Below, piece by piece: positions 18,955 to 27,829 of a DNA stretch of 64,000 bases; the first letter of the stretch is position 1; each line of letters begins with the position of its first letter. Source of the stretch: Bacillota bacterium (GTDB lineage Bacteria > Bacillota > Clostridia > Acetivibrionales > JAEZXR01). The stretch spans positions 1 through 64,000 of the forward strand of contig JAEZXR010000119.1 in assembly GCA_023419605.1 (NCBI GenBank), in the 5' to 3' direction. The notes below the pieces were generated by a model. That model had not been told where the DNA came from and did not search any database. It saw only the letters and a program-made list of their open reading frames with translations. Both the position numbers and the translations under genes were made by a program.

Positions 18955-20129
18955 GAAATGGTTTTTCGCTGAAAACCTGGTTGGTACTTGCTTTTGTAGC
19001 TTCGCTTCTGGTTGCGCTTCCCTTGACGATGCTATCGACGCAAGTGCTGGGAAGTATACAGGGAAAGTGGTTCCCCAGCGTGGAGCTAAAGGAAGGGGAG
19101 GTGCTGTCGCCGGCGGATGCACCCGTCATGATTCTTAAAAATGACGGATTCATACGGGGAAGAATTATAGGGGGCAATACGCCGGGCTATCATGCACTGA
19201 ATCTTCTGCAATCGGGGATGCCGATCCTGATTTTCGGCCTGTGCATAGTGGCGGCGGCTGCCTTGTTTTACCGCTTAAAACTGCAAAAGCCGCTTTATGT
19301 ATTGAAAAACGGAATGGAGCACATCGCCGGACAGGATTTGGATTTTACCATTGATTATGGAGGCGGAGATGAATTGGGGGCACTTTGCGAGGCTTTCGAT
19401 GCCATGCGCCGCGAACTGAACTCTGCCTTTAAAACCCTATGGAATATTCAGGAGCAGCAGAGAAGACTCACACAGGCTTTTGCCCATGACCTTCGTACGC
19501 CTCTGACGGTTCTGAAGGGAAACACGGATTTACTGGCTTTACAAGCGGAAAATAAAAGTTTGGACCCGGAGAAGGTGCTTCACACTACCAACAGGATGCA
19601 GGAAAGCATTGCACGGATGGAACGCTATCTTGAAGCGATGCGTGAAATGCGTCAAATGGAGGAGTGGAAAGTCTTACCTGTACCTGTGGATTTGCAGGAC
19701 TTTACCCAAAGGCTGCAGGCGTCCTTCCATGTACTGGCACAAGCGGCAGGAAAAAAACTTGCGGTGAACTGCCAGAGCGCAGAAGAAGTTTTGCTGGACG
19801 AAATGCTGGTGCTGCGTGTGTTGGACAATCTGGCATCCAATGCCTTGCGCCATGCCCGAAATGATGTTGTGGTGGACATCCGGGCTGTGGGCAGCCGCAT
19901 TGTCTTCCGTGTGGAGGATGATGGAAAGGGCTTTTCCCAAGAAGCACTCCATCATGCCTTTGATGCCTTTTACTCCGGTGACGCTGCACGGACCGGCCAG
20001 AACATGGGGCTGGGAATGACCATTGCTCGGGAGTTGATCCGGCATCACGGCGGAAACATCGACATCGGAAACAGGACAGACAGGGGTGAAATCCTGGGGG
20101 CCTTTGTTGAATGTACACTGTACAGGTAA
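18939..20129 (+). CDS. Sensor histidine kinase (2 TM helices, HAMP, HisKA H-box HDLRTPLT, HATPase)
   Basis: H-box, N-box (LDNLASNALRHA) and G-boxes (DDGKGF, GLGMTIA). The start overlaps the regulator stop, indicating translational coupling. Confidence 0.85.
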   Translation: MAKRMRNGFSLKTWLVLAFVASLLVALPLTMLSTQVLGSIQGKWFPSVELKEGEVLSPADAPVMILKNDGFIRGRIIGGNTPGYHALNLLQSGMPILIFGLCIVAAAALFYRLKLQKPLYVLKNGMEHIAGQDLDFTIDYGGGDELGALCEAFDAMRRELNSAFKTLWNIQEQQRRLTQAFAHDLRTPLTVLKGNTDLLALQAENKSLDPEKVLHTTNRMQESIARMERYLEAMREMRQMEEWKVLPVPVDLQDFTQRLQASFHVLAQAAGKKLAVNCQSAEEVLLDEMLVLRVLDNLASNALRHARNDVVVDIRAVGSRIVFRVEDDGKGFSQEALHHAFDAFYSGDAARTGQNMGLGMTIARELIRHHGGNIDIGNRTDRGEILGAFVECTLYR

Positions 20130-20211
20130 ACTTTGCACATTTATAAGTTTATAAAAAGTATAGATTTGGATGATAGAATCTCCCATGAAATGAATTATGG
20201 GAGGTTTTTTT

Positions 20212-20892
20212 GTGAAGAGAATCAAAACAGAAGGTTTATCCCGTATTTACGGGCAGGGAGATACAAAAGTAGCGGCACTGTGTGATGTGAATCTGAATAT
20301 CAACCCGGGTGAATTTACTGCCTTTATAGGTCCCAGCGGCAGTGGCAAATCAACGCTGCTGCACTTGCTGGGGGGGCTGGATCAGCCCAGCAGCGGGCGC
20401 ATATGGGTGGGAGACAGAGATTTATATGCCATGAGAGAAAAAGAGCGTGCAGTGTTTCGCCGACGGAATTTCGGATTTGTATTTCAATCCTTTAATCTGG
20501 TGCCGGTATTAACAGCGGAGGAGAATATTGTAATGCCCCTTTTATTGGACGGGCAGGCACCGGATCCGGCATGGTTCAAGGAACTGACATCCATGCTGGG
20601 TATCACCGACCGGCTAAAGCACCTTCCGGGGCAGTTGTCCGGAGGGCAGCAGCAGCGCGTAGCCATCGCAAGGGCTTTAGTCACACGTCCCCCCATCGTT
20701 TTTGCAGATGAGCCTACGGGGAATCTGGATACGGTCAATGGAAAGGAAGTGCTGAATTTATTGATTCAGTCTGTGGAAGCGGTAAAAGGCACACTGGTCA
20801 TGATTACCCATGACCCGAATATTGCACAGAAAGCACACCGGGTTATCGCCATTGTGGATGGAAAATTGCAGCAGGGGGGAATGCGTCAATGA
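20212..20892 (+). CDS. ABC transporter ATP-binding protein (MacB/FtsE-like)
   Basis: Walker A GPSGSGKST, Q-loop, signature LSGGQQQRVAIARAL, Walker B VFADEPT and H-loop ITHD. GTG start after GGGAGG. Confidence 0.85.
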   Translation: MKRIKTEGLSRIYGQGDTKVAALCDVNLNINPGEFTAFIGPSGSGKSTLLHLLGGLDQPSSGRIWVGDRDLYAMREKERAVFRRRNFGFVFQSFNLVPVLTAEENIVMPLLLDGQAPDPAWFKELTSMLGITDRLKHLPGQLSGGQQQRVAIARALVTRPPIVFADEPTGNLDTVNGKEVLNLLIQSVEAVKGTLVMITHDPNIAQKAHRVIAIVDGKLQQGGMRQ

Positions 20893-23360
20893 GGAACTAT
20901 CTGGGGACCGGTATACGGACCTTACAGCGTCAAAAGCTGTTGACTGTGCTGACACTCCTTGCAATTGTACTGTCGACGGCTTTGGTAGCTGTGCTGGGTA
21001 TTTTATCCGGCAGCATCCGGCAGGCTGAAGTCGCACAGGCGGAAAAGTTGGCAGGAAGACACCATGTTCAGTTTAATAATCTTACAGAGGAACAGGTTGA
21101 TCGGATCATGAAGGACCCAAGTATTGAGACAGTCGGTATCAGAAGAGGTATAGGTACGGCGAAACTGCCTGCAGGCAACAAGGATCTGTTTCTCATGGAA
21201 ATGGATGCTAGGGCCTTCCAATTAATGAATGTACCGTTGCTAAAGGGGGAATATCCGATGCAGCCCGGGGAGGTAGTGCTGGAACAACGAATACTGGAAA
21301 GTCTGGGGTTGCCGCTGGAGGTGGGACAGGTTATCACACTTGCTCTCCATCTCGAGAGCCCTGCGAATACAGGAACGGAAAGCACCGATAAAGAACTGAA
21401 GGTCACAGGCATTTTAGAGAATCATCCTGCGGGAGTTTTTACAGCCTGCGGCTTTATGGGCACGGGTACGGCACAGGCATGGCTGCCGGTGGAAGCAGTG
21501 CAGAAACATGCCGTTGTGCGTTTCAATGACGGTGTTAATCCTGTTGAGGCTGTAAAAAAACTGGCGGTTGAGATGGAAATAGGGGAGAAAAATATACATT
21601 TTAATGATTGGCTGGTTGCTGCATTGGGGTATGACAGTGAGAAAAAAAGTGAGGAAGGAATGGGCAGCCTATCCGTGACCATAGGAACGCTGGTACTGCT
21701 GGCAGCATTTCTTGTTATCTACAACATTTTTCAAGTGTCGGTGGTACAGCGGACGCAGCAATTTGGCATGCTGCGCGCTGTTGGGGCTTCACCCGGGCAG
21801 GTGCGCCGGCTGGTACTGTTTGAAGCCGCAATTTTGTGCGCCATAGGGATACCGCTGGGACTGCTGCTGGGTGCCGCCGCGTCCCGTTTTGTAGTGGGAA
21901 GTGTAAGCGCCGTTGTTAGTCCTGAACTGTTCCGGGTGGAGAATACCGCACAAGCGGCGAGGGTGATACACGACAATATGCGAATCCCTCTTTCCGCCTT
22001 GCTGGGTGCTTCAGCCATGGGACTTGCTACAACGCTCCTATCGGCGTTGTTCCCGGCAATTCTGGCTTCCCGTGTGCCCCCTACCGTCGCCATATCGGGA
22101 CTGATAGGCGGCGGTATTACCATGAAGCATCGTACCCCTGGAAAACAGGTTAAAAACATCCTGTGGCACAATGCGCGCCTGAATTTATCCAGAAACCGGG
22201 TGCGAACGTACCTTACGGTGCTTTCTCTTGCCATGGCGGTTGTAACCTTTGTGGCGTTGGGCTCCTTTGTCCAATCCTTTAACACCATGGAGCAATTGGC
22301 GAAGCAGATGGACAGCGATTATTCCATAACCGCCAGTGAATCTCCCATCATGCTGGAGGATGCTGCAAAGGGGATAAGTTTATCCGATGTGGAGGAACTG
22401 GAGGCGCTTCCGGGAGTAGAGCGTATACGTACTGCAAGGTATGGCTATGATGGAGAATATGTCCGGCTGCACCGGGAAGCTGCGGGACAAAATGGGGTGG
22501 ATGAAATATTTGCTTTCGATGAACAAACCTTGGCAGGAGTACTGGAGAAATTGGGAAGCAAGGCACCCAGCGTGGAGGAAATGAGGGAAAAATCCTGGGT
22601 ATTGGTAGAAAAATCCCGCAACTACGAGAATCTTGACCTGCCGGAACCGAAAATACCGAATCCCGGCGATGAAATCGAAATCTACGGACATCCCTTTACA
22701 GTGGCCGGTATTGTAGAGGATATGAATTTTATTCTTCCGCAGAGCGGCTTATGGGGAAGGAACATCCTGATACATGAGCAGCAATACCTTCCCTTGGCAG
22801 GACGTAACGACATGCAGAAGGTGGACGTATTTTTGCGGCCGGATGTATCCAAGGAGGATATTCAGCGGTTGAAAGAAGCTGCGGAACGCATGAAGTCGTA
22901 TATACCCACCCTTAGGGTAACTTCCTTTGAAGAGGCAAGGGACGAGATTGAGAAAGGAATTCGGGGTATCCGCAGCCTGGGGTATGGTTTGATTATTCTG
23001 GTTTCTCTTATCGGAGCACTGAATATTGTTAATACCACCGTAACCAGCCTGCGTACCCGAAGCAGGGAGCTGGGCACACTTCGCGCCATTGGAATGAGCA
23101 CAGAGCAGATGAGAGCCATGCTGCTGCTGGAGGGCCTGATGTACGGGCTGCGGGCGCTGCTCTTCGGTTTACCTGCCGGAATCGGGATGTCCGCGCTGGT
23201 GATGCTGGCCACCAAGGGGCTTGAAAACTGGCAGCCTCCGCTTGTACAACTTGTAATAGCGGCTGTTTGTGCACTGGTATTGTGTTTGCTGGCGACACTG
23301 CTTCCTGTCGGAAGGCTTACCAGAGTCAGCATTGTGGAAAGCCTTGGGAGGATTGATTGA
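20889..23360 (+). CDS. ABC transporter permease with duplicated FtsX domains (peptide-antibiotic exporter type)
   Basis: 823 aa; two blocks of 4 TM helices, each with an FtsX signature, separated by large extracytoplasmic domains. Translationally coupled to the ATPase (ATGA overlap). Confidence 0.85.
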   Translation: MRNYLGTGIRTLQRQKLLTVLTLLAIVLSTALVAVLGILSGSIRQAEVAQAEKLAGRHHVQFNNLTEEQVDRIMKDPSIETVGIRRGIGTAKLPAGNKDLFLMEMDARAFQLMNVPLLKGEYPMQPGEVVLEQRILESLGLPLEVGQVITLALHLESPANTGTESTDKELKVTGILENHPAGVFTACGFMGTGTAQAWLPVEAVQKHAVVRFNDGVNPVEAVKKLAVEMEIGEKNIHFNDWLVAALGYDSEKKSEEGMGSLSVTIGTLVLLAAFLVIYNIFQVSVVQRTQQFGMLRAVGASPGQVRRLVLFEAAILCAIGIPLGLLLGAAASRFVVGSVSAVVSPELFRVENTAQAARVIHDNMRIPLSALLGASAMGLATTLLSALFPAILASRVPPTVAISGLIGGGITMKHRTPGKQVKNILWHNARLNLSRNRVRTYLTVLSLAMAVVTFVALGSFVQSFNTMEQLAKQMDSDYSITASESPIMLEDAAKGISLSDVEELEALPGVERIRTARYGYDGEYVRLHREAAGQNGVDEIFAFDEQTLAGVLEKLGSKAPSVEEMREKSWVLVEKSRNYENLDLPEPKIPNPGDEIEIYGHPFTVAGIVEDMNFILPQSGLWGRNILIHEQQYLPLAGRNDMQKVDVFLRPDVSKEDIQRLKEAAERMKSYIPTLRVTSFEEARDEIEKGIRGIRSLGYGLIILVSLIGALNIVNTTVTSLRTRSRELGTLRAIGMSTEQMRAMLLLEGLMYGLRALLFGLPAGIGMSALVMLATKGLENWQPPLVQLVIAAVCALVLCLLATLLPVGRLTRVSIVESLGRID

Positions 23361-23849
23361 GTTGCAGCTTACTTTGAAGAGAAAGGAGGGACAAGGAAAC
23401 TGGGAGAAAGGATTGTTGTCGGAGGCATCGGAGCGATTTCAGACCTATAAAGCAAAGAGGGGATCTTTCCGATGATATATCTGAAAGACTTTCAACAGAT
23501 ACTCTATGGGGTTGCGTTGAAAGTCTTTTCTTATTTACATAAAATTACATAAATGGGATCGGCTTATGGGGTTTTGCAAGCTTCGCAGCAGTTTAAGTGC
23601 AAATTTGATAATGCAGGAATTAACTAAAAAATTTGCATGTGAATAGGCATTTTCTGTTAAAAATATACAGATTAGCATATGAAAATGCAGGATTAAACCT
23701 TAATTTATTCATAACGTATTGCACTTACGGTTTAATTGATGTATTATATTACATAAGGCAAAATGAAGTGAAAAATCTAACAAACATTACGGCATAGATT
23801 GAAGTAGAGATCAGGAAAGCAGTCAGAAAATTTGAAAAGGGGTATTACA

Positions 23850-25733
23850 ATGGATAAAAGTATTTTAAATAAGATGATCCTGCCGGAGGACTTAAAAGCA
23901 ATACTGGATCATGAGGTCAATGTCATTATTCCGGAAAACCGTCAACAGCTTCTAACCCTTTCCATGAATGGTGAAGAAAATACCTTTGTTGAGATAGCCT
24001 ACGATGTTCCCCTGCACGGGAGGGTCACCGAGGCCACTGTTGCCAAATGCAAGAACGGGTTGGTTGTCAATTATATGGACAAATACATGAGAAGGCGGGA
24101 CCCTGACTGTATGGTGATTGCAGATGACGGAGAAACGGATAAGCCACGGTATCGCGATGCCTACGGTGAGGATTTCAAGCCGCTGCGAAATATGACTTTT
24201 GACTGGCTGCGGGAGCAGCAGGAACTGATCATTCTGCCGTTTATGGCGGGTGGAAATGAACTGGGCTATCCTGCACTTCTGGTGGCACCTGCCAATGCGG
24301 GCTTTTTTGCAGCAGCGCTGGCAGACCTCCAGGGCTTCATTCCCAAAGACGAGGTTGAGTACGGATTTACCCCCAGAGCTGTGGTATATCTTGCGCCTAC
24401 TTTCCGGCATACCCATTTTAACGGAAGGCAGATCGTGGTCCACAATCGCCTGAAGGATATGCATGAAGTATTCTCCTATAACCTGTATCCGGGCCCCAGT
24501 GCAAAGAAGGGAATCTACAGCGTACTGCTGAATATTGGAGAGCAAGAGGGATGGGTAACCTTACACGCTTCTGCAGTAAAGGTTATTACCCCCTATGAAA
24601 ATGTTATTACCGTCATGCATGAAGGGGCCAGCGGCGGCGGTAAGAGCGAGATGCTGGAACAGATCCATAAGGAAATGGACGGCCGTATTGTTTTAGGCCG
24701 GCATACGCAGACGAGAGATAAATTATACCTGGAGCTGAAAGAAACCTGCGAGCTCCAGCCGGTAACGGATGACATGGCAATGTGCCATCCTTCCCTGCAA
24801 AATGGAGGTAAGAAGCTGGCTGTGGTCGATGCGGAGAAGGGGTGGTTCCTGCGAATCAACCACATAACACAGTATGGAACAGACCCGCATTATGAAAAGC
24901 TGTGCATTCACCCCAAGGAACCCTTGATCTTCCTGAACATGCAGGGAGAACCGGGCTCTACATGCCTGATCTGGGAACATACCATGGATGAACCCGGAAA
25001 GCCATGTCCGAATCCCAGGGTTATCATGCCAAGAAAATTTGTGCCTAATATTGTAGACGAGCCTGTAGAGATTGATGTGAGAAGCTTTGGTGTAAGGACT
25101 CCGCCCTGCACCAAGGAGAAACCCTCTTATGGAATTATGGGTATGTTTCACATTTTGCCGCCCAGCCTCGCATGGCTTTGGCGGTTGGCAGCCCCAAGAG
25201 GTTTTGCTAACCCCAGTGTAATCGATACGGAAGGGATGAGCAGCGAGGGCGTAGGCTCTTACTGGCCTTTTGCCACAGGGAAAAGAGTGGATCAAGCCAA
25301 CCTTCTGCTGGAGCAGGTTGTCAATACGCCAAGTACCCGGTATATATTGATCCCCAATCAGCATATCGGTGTGTACAAGGTCGGGTTCATGTCCGAGTGG
25401 GTTGCAAGAGAGTACCTGGCGAGACGCGGAAGTGCCAAATTCAGACCGGAGCAGATTACGGAATCCAGATGTCCGCTGCTGGGATATTCATTGGAAACCC
25501 TAAAGGTGGATGGGACCTATTTGCCCATAGGCTTCCTGCAGCCCAATATGCAGCCGGAAGTAGGAAATGAGGGATACGATGCAGGGGCGAAAATATTGTC
25601 CGACTTCTTTAAAAATGAATTGAAGCAATATTTAACTCCGGAATTAAACCCGCTGGGAAGAAAGATTATCGAATGCTGTTTACGGGACGGGAGTATAGAA
25701 GAATATCTTGAGTTGATTCCTATGAGATTGTAG
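23850..25733 (+). CDS. DUF4914-like protein with HPr-kinase/PEPCK-like P-loop (GASGGGKSE)
   Basis: 633 aa. The GASGGGKSE motif resembles the HprK and PEP-carboxykinase phosphate-binding loop. Recall-level match to Clostridial DUF4914 proteins. Own RBS (GAAAAGGGG) and a long AT-rich upstream region. Confidence 0.7.
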   Translation: MDKSILNKMILPEDLKAILDHEVNVIIPENRQQLLTLSMNGEENTFVEIAYDVPLHGRVTEATVAKCKNGLVVNYMDKYMRRRDPDCMVIADDGETDKPRYRDAYGEDFKPLRNMTFDWLREQQELIILPFMAGGNELGYPALLVAPANAGFFAAALADLQGFIPKDEVEYGFTPRAVVYLAPTFRHTHFNGRQIVVHNRLKDMHEVFSYNLYPGPSAKKGIYSVLLNIGEQEGWVTLHASAVKVITPYENVITVMHEGASGGGKSEMLEQIHKEMDGRIVLGRHTQTRDKLYLELKETCELQPVTDDMAMCHPSLQNGGKKLAVVDAEKGWFLRINHITQYGTDPHYEKLCIHPKEPLIFLNMQGEPGSTCLIWEHTMDEPGKPCPNPRVIMPRKFVPNIVDEPVEIDVRSFGVRTPPCTKEKPSYGIMGMFHILPPSLAWLWRLAAPRGFANPSVIDTEGMSSEGVGSYWPFATGKRVDQANLLLEQVVNTPSTRYILIPNQHIGVYKVGFMSEWVAREYLARRGSAKFRPEQITESRCPLLGYSLETLKVDGTYLPIGFLQPNMQPEVGNEGYDAGAKILSDFFKNELKQYLTPELNPLGRKIIECCLRDGSIEEYLELIPMRL

Positions 25734-25769
25734 GAGATTAAAGAGAATTTCTGGAAGGAATGAAAGTAT

Positions 25770-25838
25770 CGTAATCCTTGTCGGTTTTACAGAGGGGGCA
25801 GTATAAGGCCCTGTAAAGCCGGCAAGGATTTTTTAATG
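25770..25838 (+). terminator. Long hairpin terminator (AATCCTTGTCGG..CCGGCAAGGATTTTTT)
   Basis: 12-bp closing stem plus T-run after the DUF4914 gene. Confidence 0.6.
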
Positions 25839-26140
25839 GTAAGGAAATTGTGGTTTTTAATTTTCTTACCATGGGGAGTGCAGAGGGGATTCACCTCACC
25901 GGTTTAGGGGGATGCTCAGGAGCATTAGCTCTGTCGAAGGGGGAAGTAGTTCCCCCTTGCGAAGAACAAAGTGCGATAGCATTTCGTTCTGGGTTGTGGG
26001 AATAGAATTACAGATCGGAGAAGACTCTTTTACCGCATCCGGATTTATGATAGAATTTTCTTAGGCTTCTTTGTTACACTTCATATATTCTTATAGATGA
26101 AAGACATTAATGGCAAACTAAACCAGAGGGGCTATGCAAA

Positions 26141-26386
26141 ATGTTCATTGACCAGGATAAGAACCTGAACGCAGTACGGTTTATTGTGTTTTGCGGAATA
26201 ATGGCGATTATCCTAATGGCCGGAGCACTCTATGCGATCCATATTGAACAGAAGAATGAGCTTCGTTCCGCTCAGCCGGCAAGTACCACGGGACCCGGTA
26301 ATCCCGGAGGCCAGGATTCCCAAAACGAAAAACAGAAGGAGACGCAGCAGAGGGGACTTATAGCAGCGACACCCAAGATACCCTAA
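26141..26386 (+). CDS. Small single-pass membrane protein (81 aa), hypothetical
   Basis: One TM helix (FIVFCGIMAIILMAGALYAI) followed by a low-complexity tail. Weak RBS. Confidence 0.3.
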   Translation: MFIDQDKNLNAVRFIVFCGIMAIILMAGALYAIHIEQKNELRSAQPASTTGPGNPGGQDSQNEKQKETQQRGLIAATPKIP

Positions 26387-26435
26387 GAGTAGAGAGAAAG
26401 CAGCTTACCAGGATAATGCAGAAAATATTTCCAAT

Positions 26436-26482
26436 GAAGCAGGAAAGCCTGCCATTCCGTCGAATGGCAGGCTTTCCTGCTT
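26436..26482. terminator. Bidirectional terminator (GCAGGAAAGCCTGCCATTC..GAATGGCAGGCTTTCCTGC)
   Basis: 19-bp perfect inverted repeat between convergent genes. Confidence 0.75.
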
Positions 26483-26496
26483 TACTACAGTTTAAC

Positions 26497-26829
26497 TTAC
26501 AGCATTTTTCCTATGGTATCCAATAATTCATCCACTACGTCATTATCCCCGGACTGAACTCTTTCGATTACGCAACCTCGCATATGGCTTTCCAGAACAA
26601 GCTTGCTGATCGATTTCATGGCGGCTTGAACAGATGAAATCTGGTTTAGGATGTCGTCACAGTAAGCATCTTTTTCAATCATCCCTTTAATGCCGCGCAC
26701 CTGTCCTTCGACACGGTTAAGACGGACAATCAGGGAGTTTTTTAATTTATCCGGCCTGTTCTTTGTCCGTGGGCTTGACACACTGTGGCAGTCCATGGAG
26801 TGTTCACAGGTTATTTTTTCATCGTCCAT
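26497..26829 (-). CDS. csoR: CsoR/RcnR-family metal-sensing repressor (copper-sensitive operon repressor)
   Basis: LIVRLNRVEGQVRGIKGMIEKDAYCDDIL ... SHMRGC matches the CsoR signature (RxxRIEGQxRGIxxMxExxxYCxDxL..H..C), including the metal ligands. Confidence 0.8.
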   Translation of the reverse strand: MDDEKITCEHSMDCHSVSSPRTKNRPDKLKNSLIVRLNRVEGQVRGIKGMIEKDAYCDDILNQISSVQAAMKSISKLVLESHMRGCVIERVQSGDNDVVDELLDTIGKML

Positions 26830-26864
26830 ATTTCTTCCTCCAAGCGTTTGTAGGTGATCTTCTC

Positions 26865-27080
26865 TTATAAGCTTACCACAGAAACCACGTCATAGCCAGC
26901 TTCTTCCACGGCGTTTTTCAATTCCGAATCTGCCACATCCCTTCCCAGGGTCACAATGGCATTTTTACCTTTCAGGTCCACCGTTACTTCCGCAACTCCG
27001 TTTACTTCCCGCAGGGCTTCCTCTACGTGCTTTACGCAATGTCCACAGCTCATGCCTTCAATATTGATTTGTTTTTTCAT
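26865..27080 (-). CDS. copZ: Copper chaperone CopZ (HMA domain)
   Basis: 71 aa with a GMSCGHC metal-binding motif. GGAGG RBS; the start is MKKQ. Confidence 0.85.
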   Translation of the reverse strand: MKKQINIEGMSCGHCVKHVEEALREVNGVAEVTVDLKGKNAIVTLGRDVADSELKNAVEEAGYDVVSVVSL

Positions 27081-27133
27081 AAGAAATACCTCCATTTTTT
27101 ATCTCACATAAATTATAGCATACCCATTTCATA

Positions 27134-27805
27134 TTATTTCAGGTCAAAAGGCTTTAAAAATTTATCCACCTGTTCCGGTTTGCCGTTCTTGTCCTTCACC
27201 TCAACCTTTGCAAAAGCCCAGCCTTCTACCTTATCCGGTTTGACCCCCGCATCGATAAAGGGTTGGGGATTCAGCACAAATACGATGTCTTTATCGTTTT
27301 TAGCCATATCCTTTGCCCATTCAAACATGTTTCCATTACCCAGCGCGACCCCATAATGGTCCAGCTTTTCATGGTATCCGACGACATCGCGGTGAGTCTT
27401 AACCAATTGTTTAAAGGAATCCAAAGGTTTCGCTTCACCGGTATAGGTGAACTTATCCTGTCCGAATTCTGCCTGAATGACGATTTTGTCGCCTGCCACC
27501 ATGCCCTTGGGCAATTTGTTTACATCCAGCCCGGCAGAAACGAAGGGCTTAGCGTCAAATTCCAGCATTGCATCCGGTTTGCCGGCACTGCTGAAATCCT
27601 TACTCCAGAGGAATCGCTCTCCGGTAGGGGAGGTCAAAGCCCAGCCATTGTTTGTATCATCGGATTTGACTTTATCCGGAATAGTATTGAGGACGGCTTC
27701 AAAGGACGTAGACGCTACTTTGCCCACTACATCGGTGGACTGGCAGGCGGAAAATGTAAATGCTACCGCCAGGGAAAGGACTGCCAGAATTACTTTGCTT
27801 CTCAT
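27134..27805 (-). CDS. Lipoprotein of unknown function in the cop operon
   Basis: Signal peptide plus lipobox (LAVAFTFSAC), then a Lys/Asp-rich soluble domain. Lies between copA and copZ. Confidence 0.7.
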   Translation of the reverse strand: MRSKVILAVLSLAVAFTFSACQSTDVVGKVASTSFEAVLNTIPDKVKSDDTNNGWALTSPTGERFLWSKDFSSAGKPDAMLEFDAKPFVSAGLDVNKLPKGMVAGDKIVIQAEFGQDKFTYTGEAKPLDSFKQLVKTHRDVVGYHEKLDHYGVALGNGNMFEWAKDMAKNDKDIVFVLNPQPFIDAGVKPDKVEGWAFAKVEVKDKNGKPEQVDKFLKPFDLK

Positions 27806-27829
27806 TGTTTAAACCTCCGTAAATTTATA

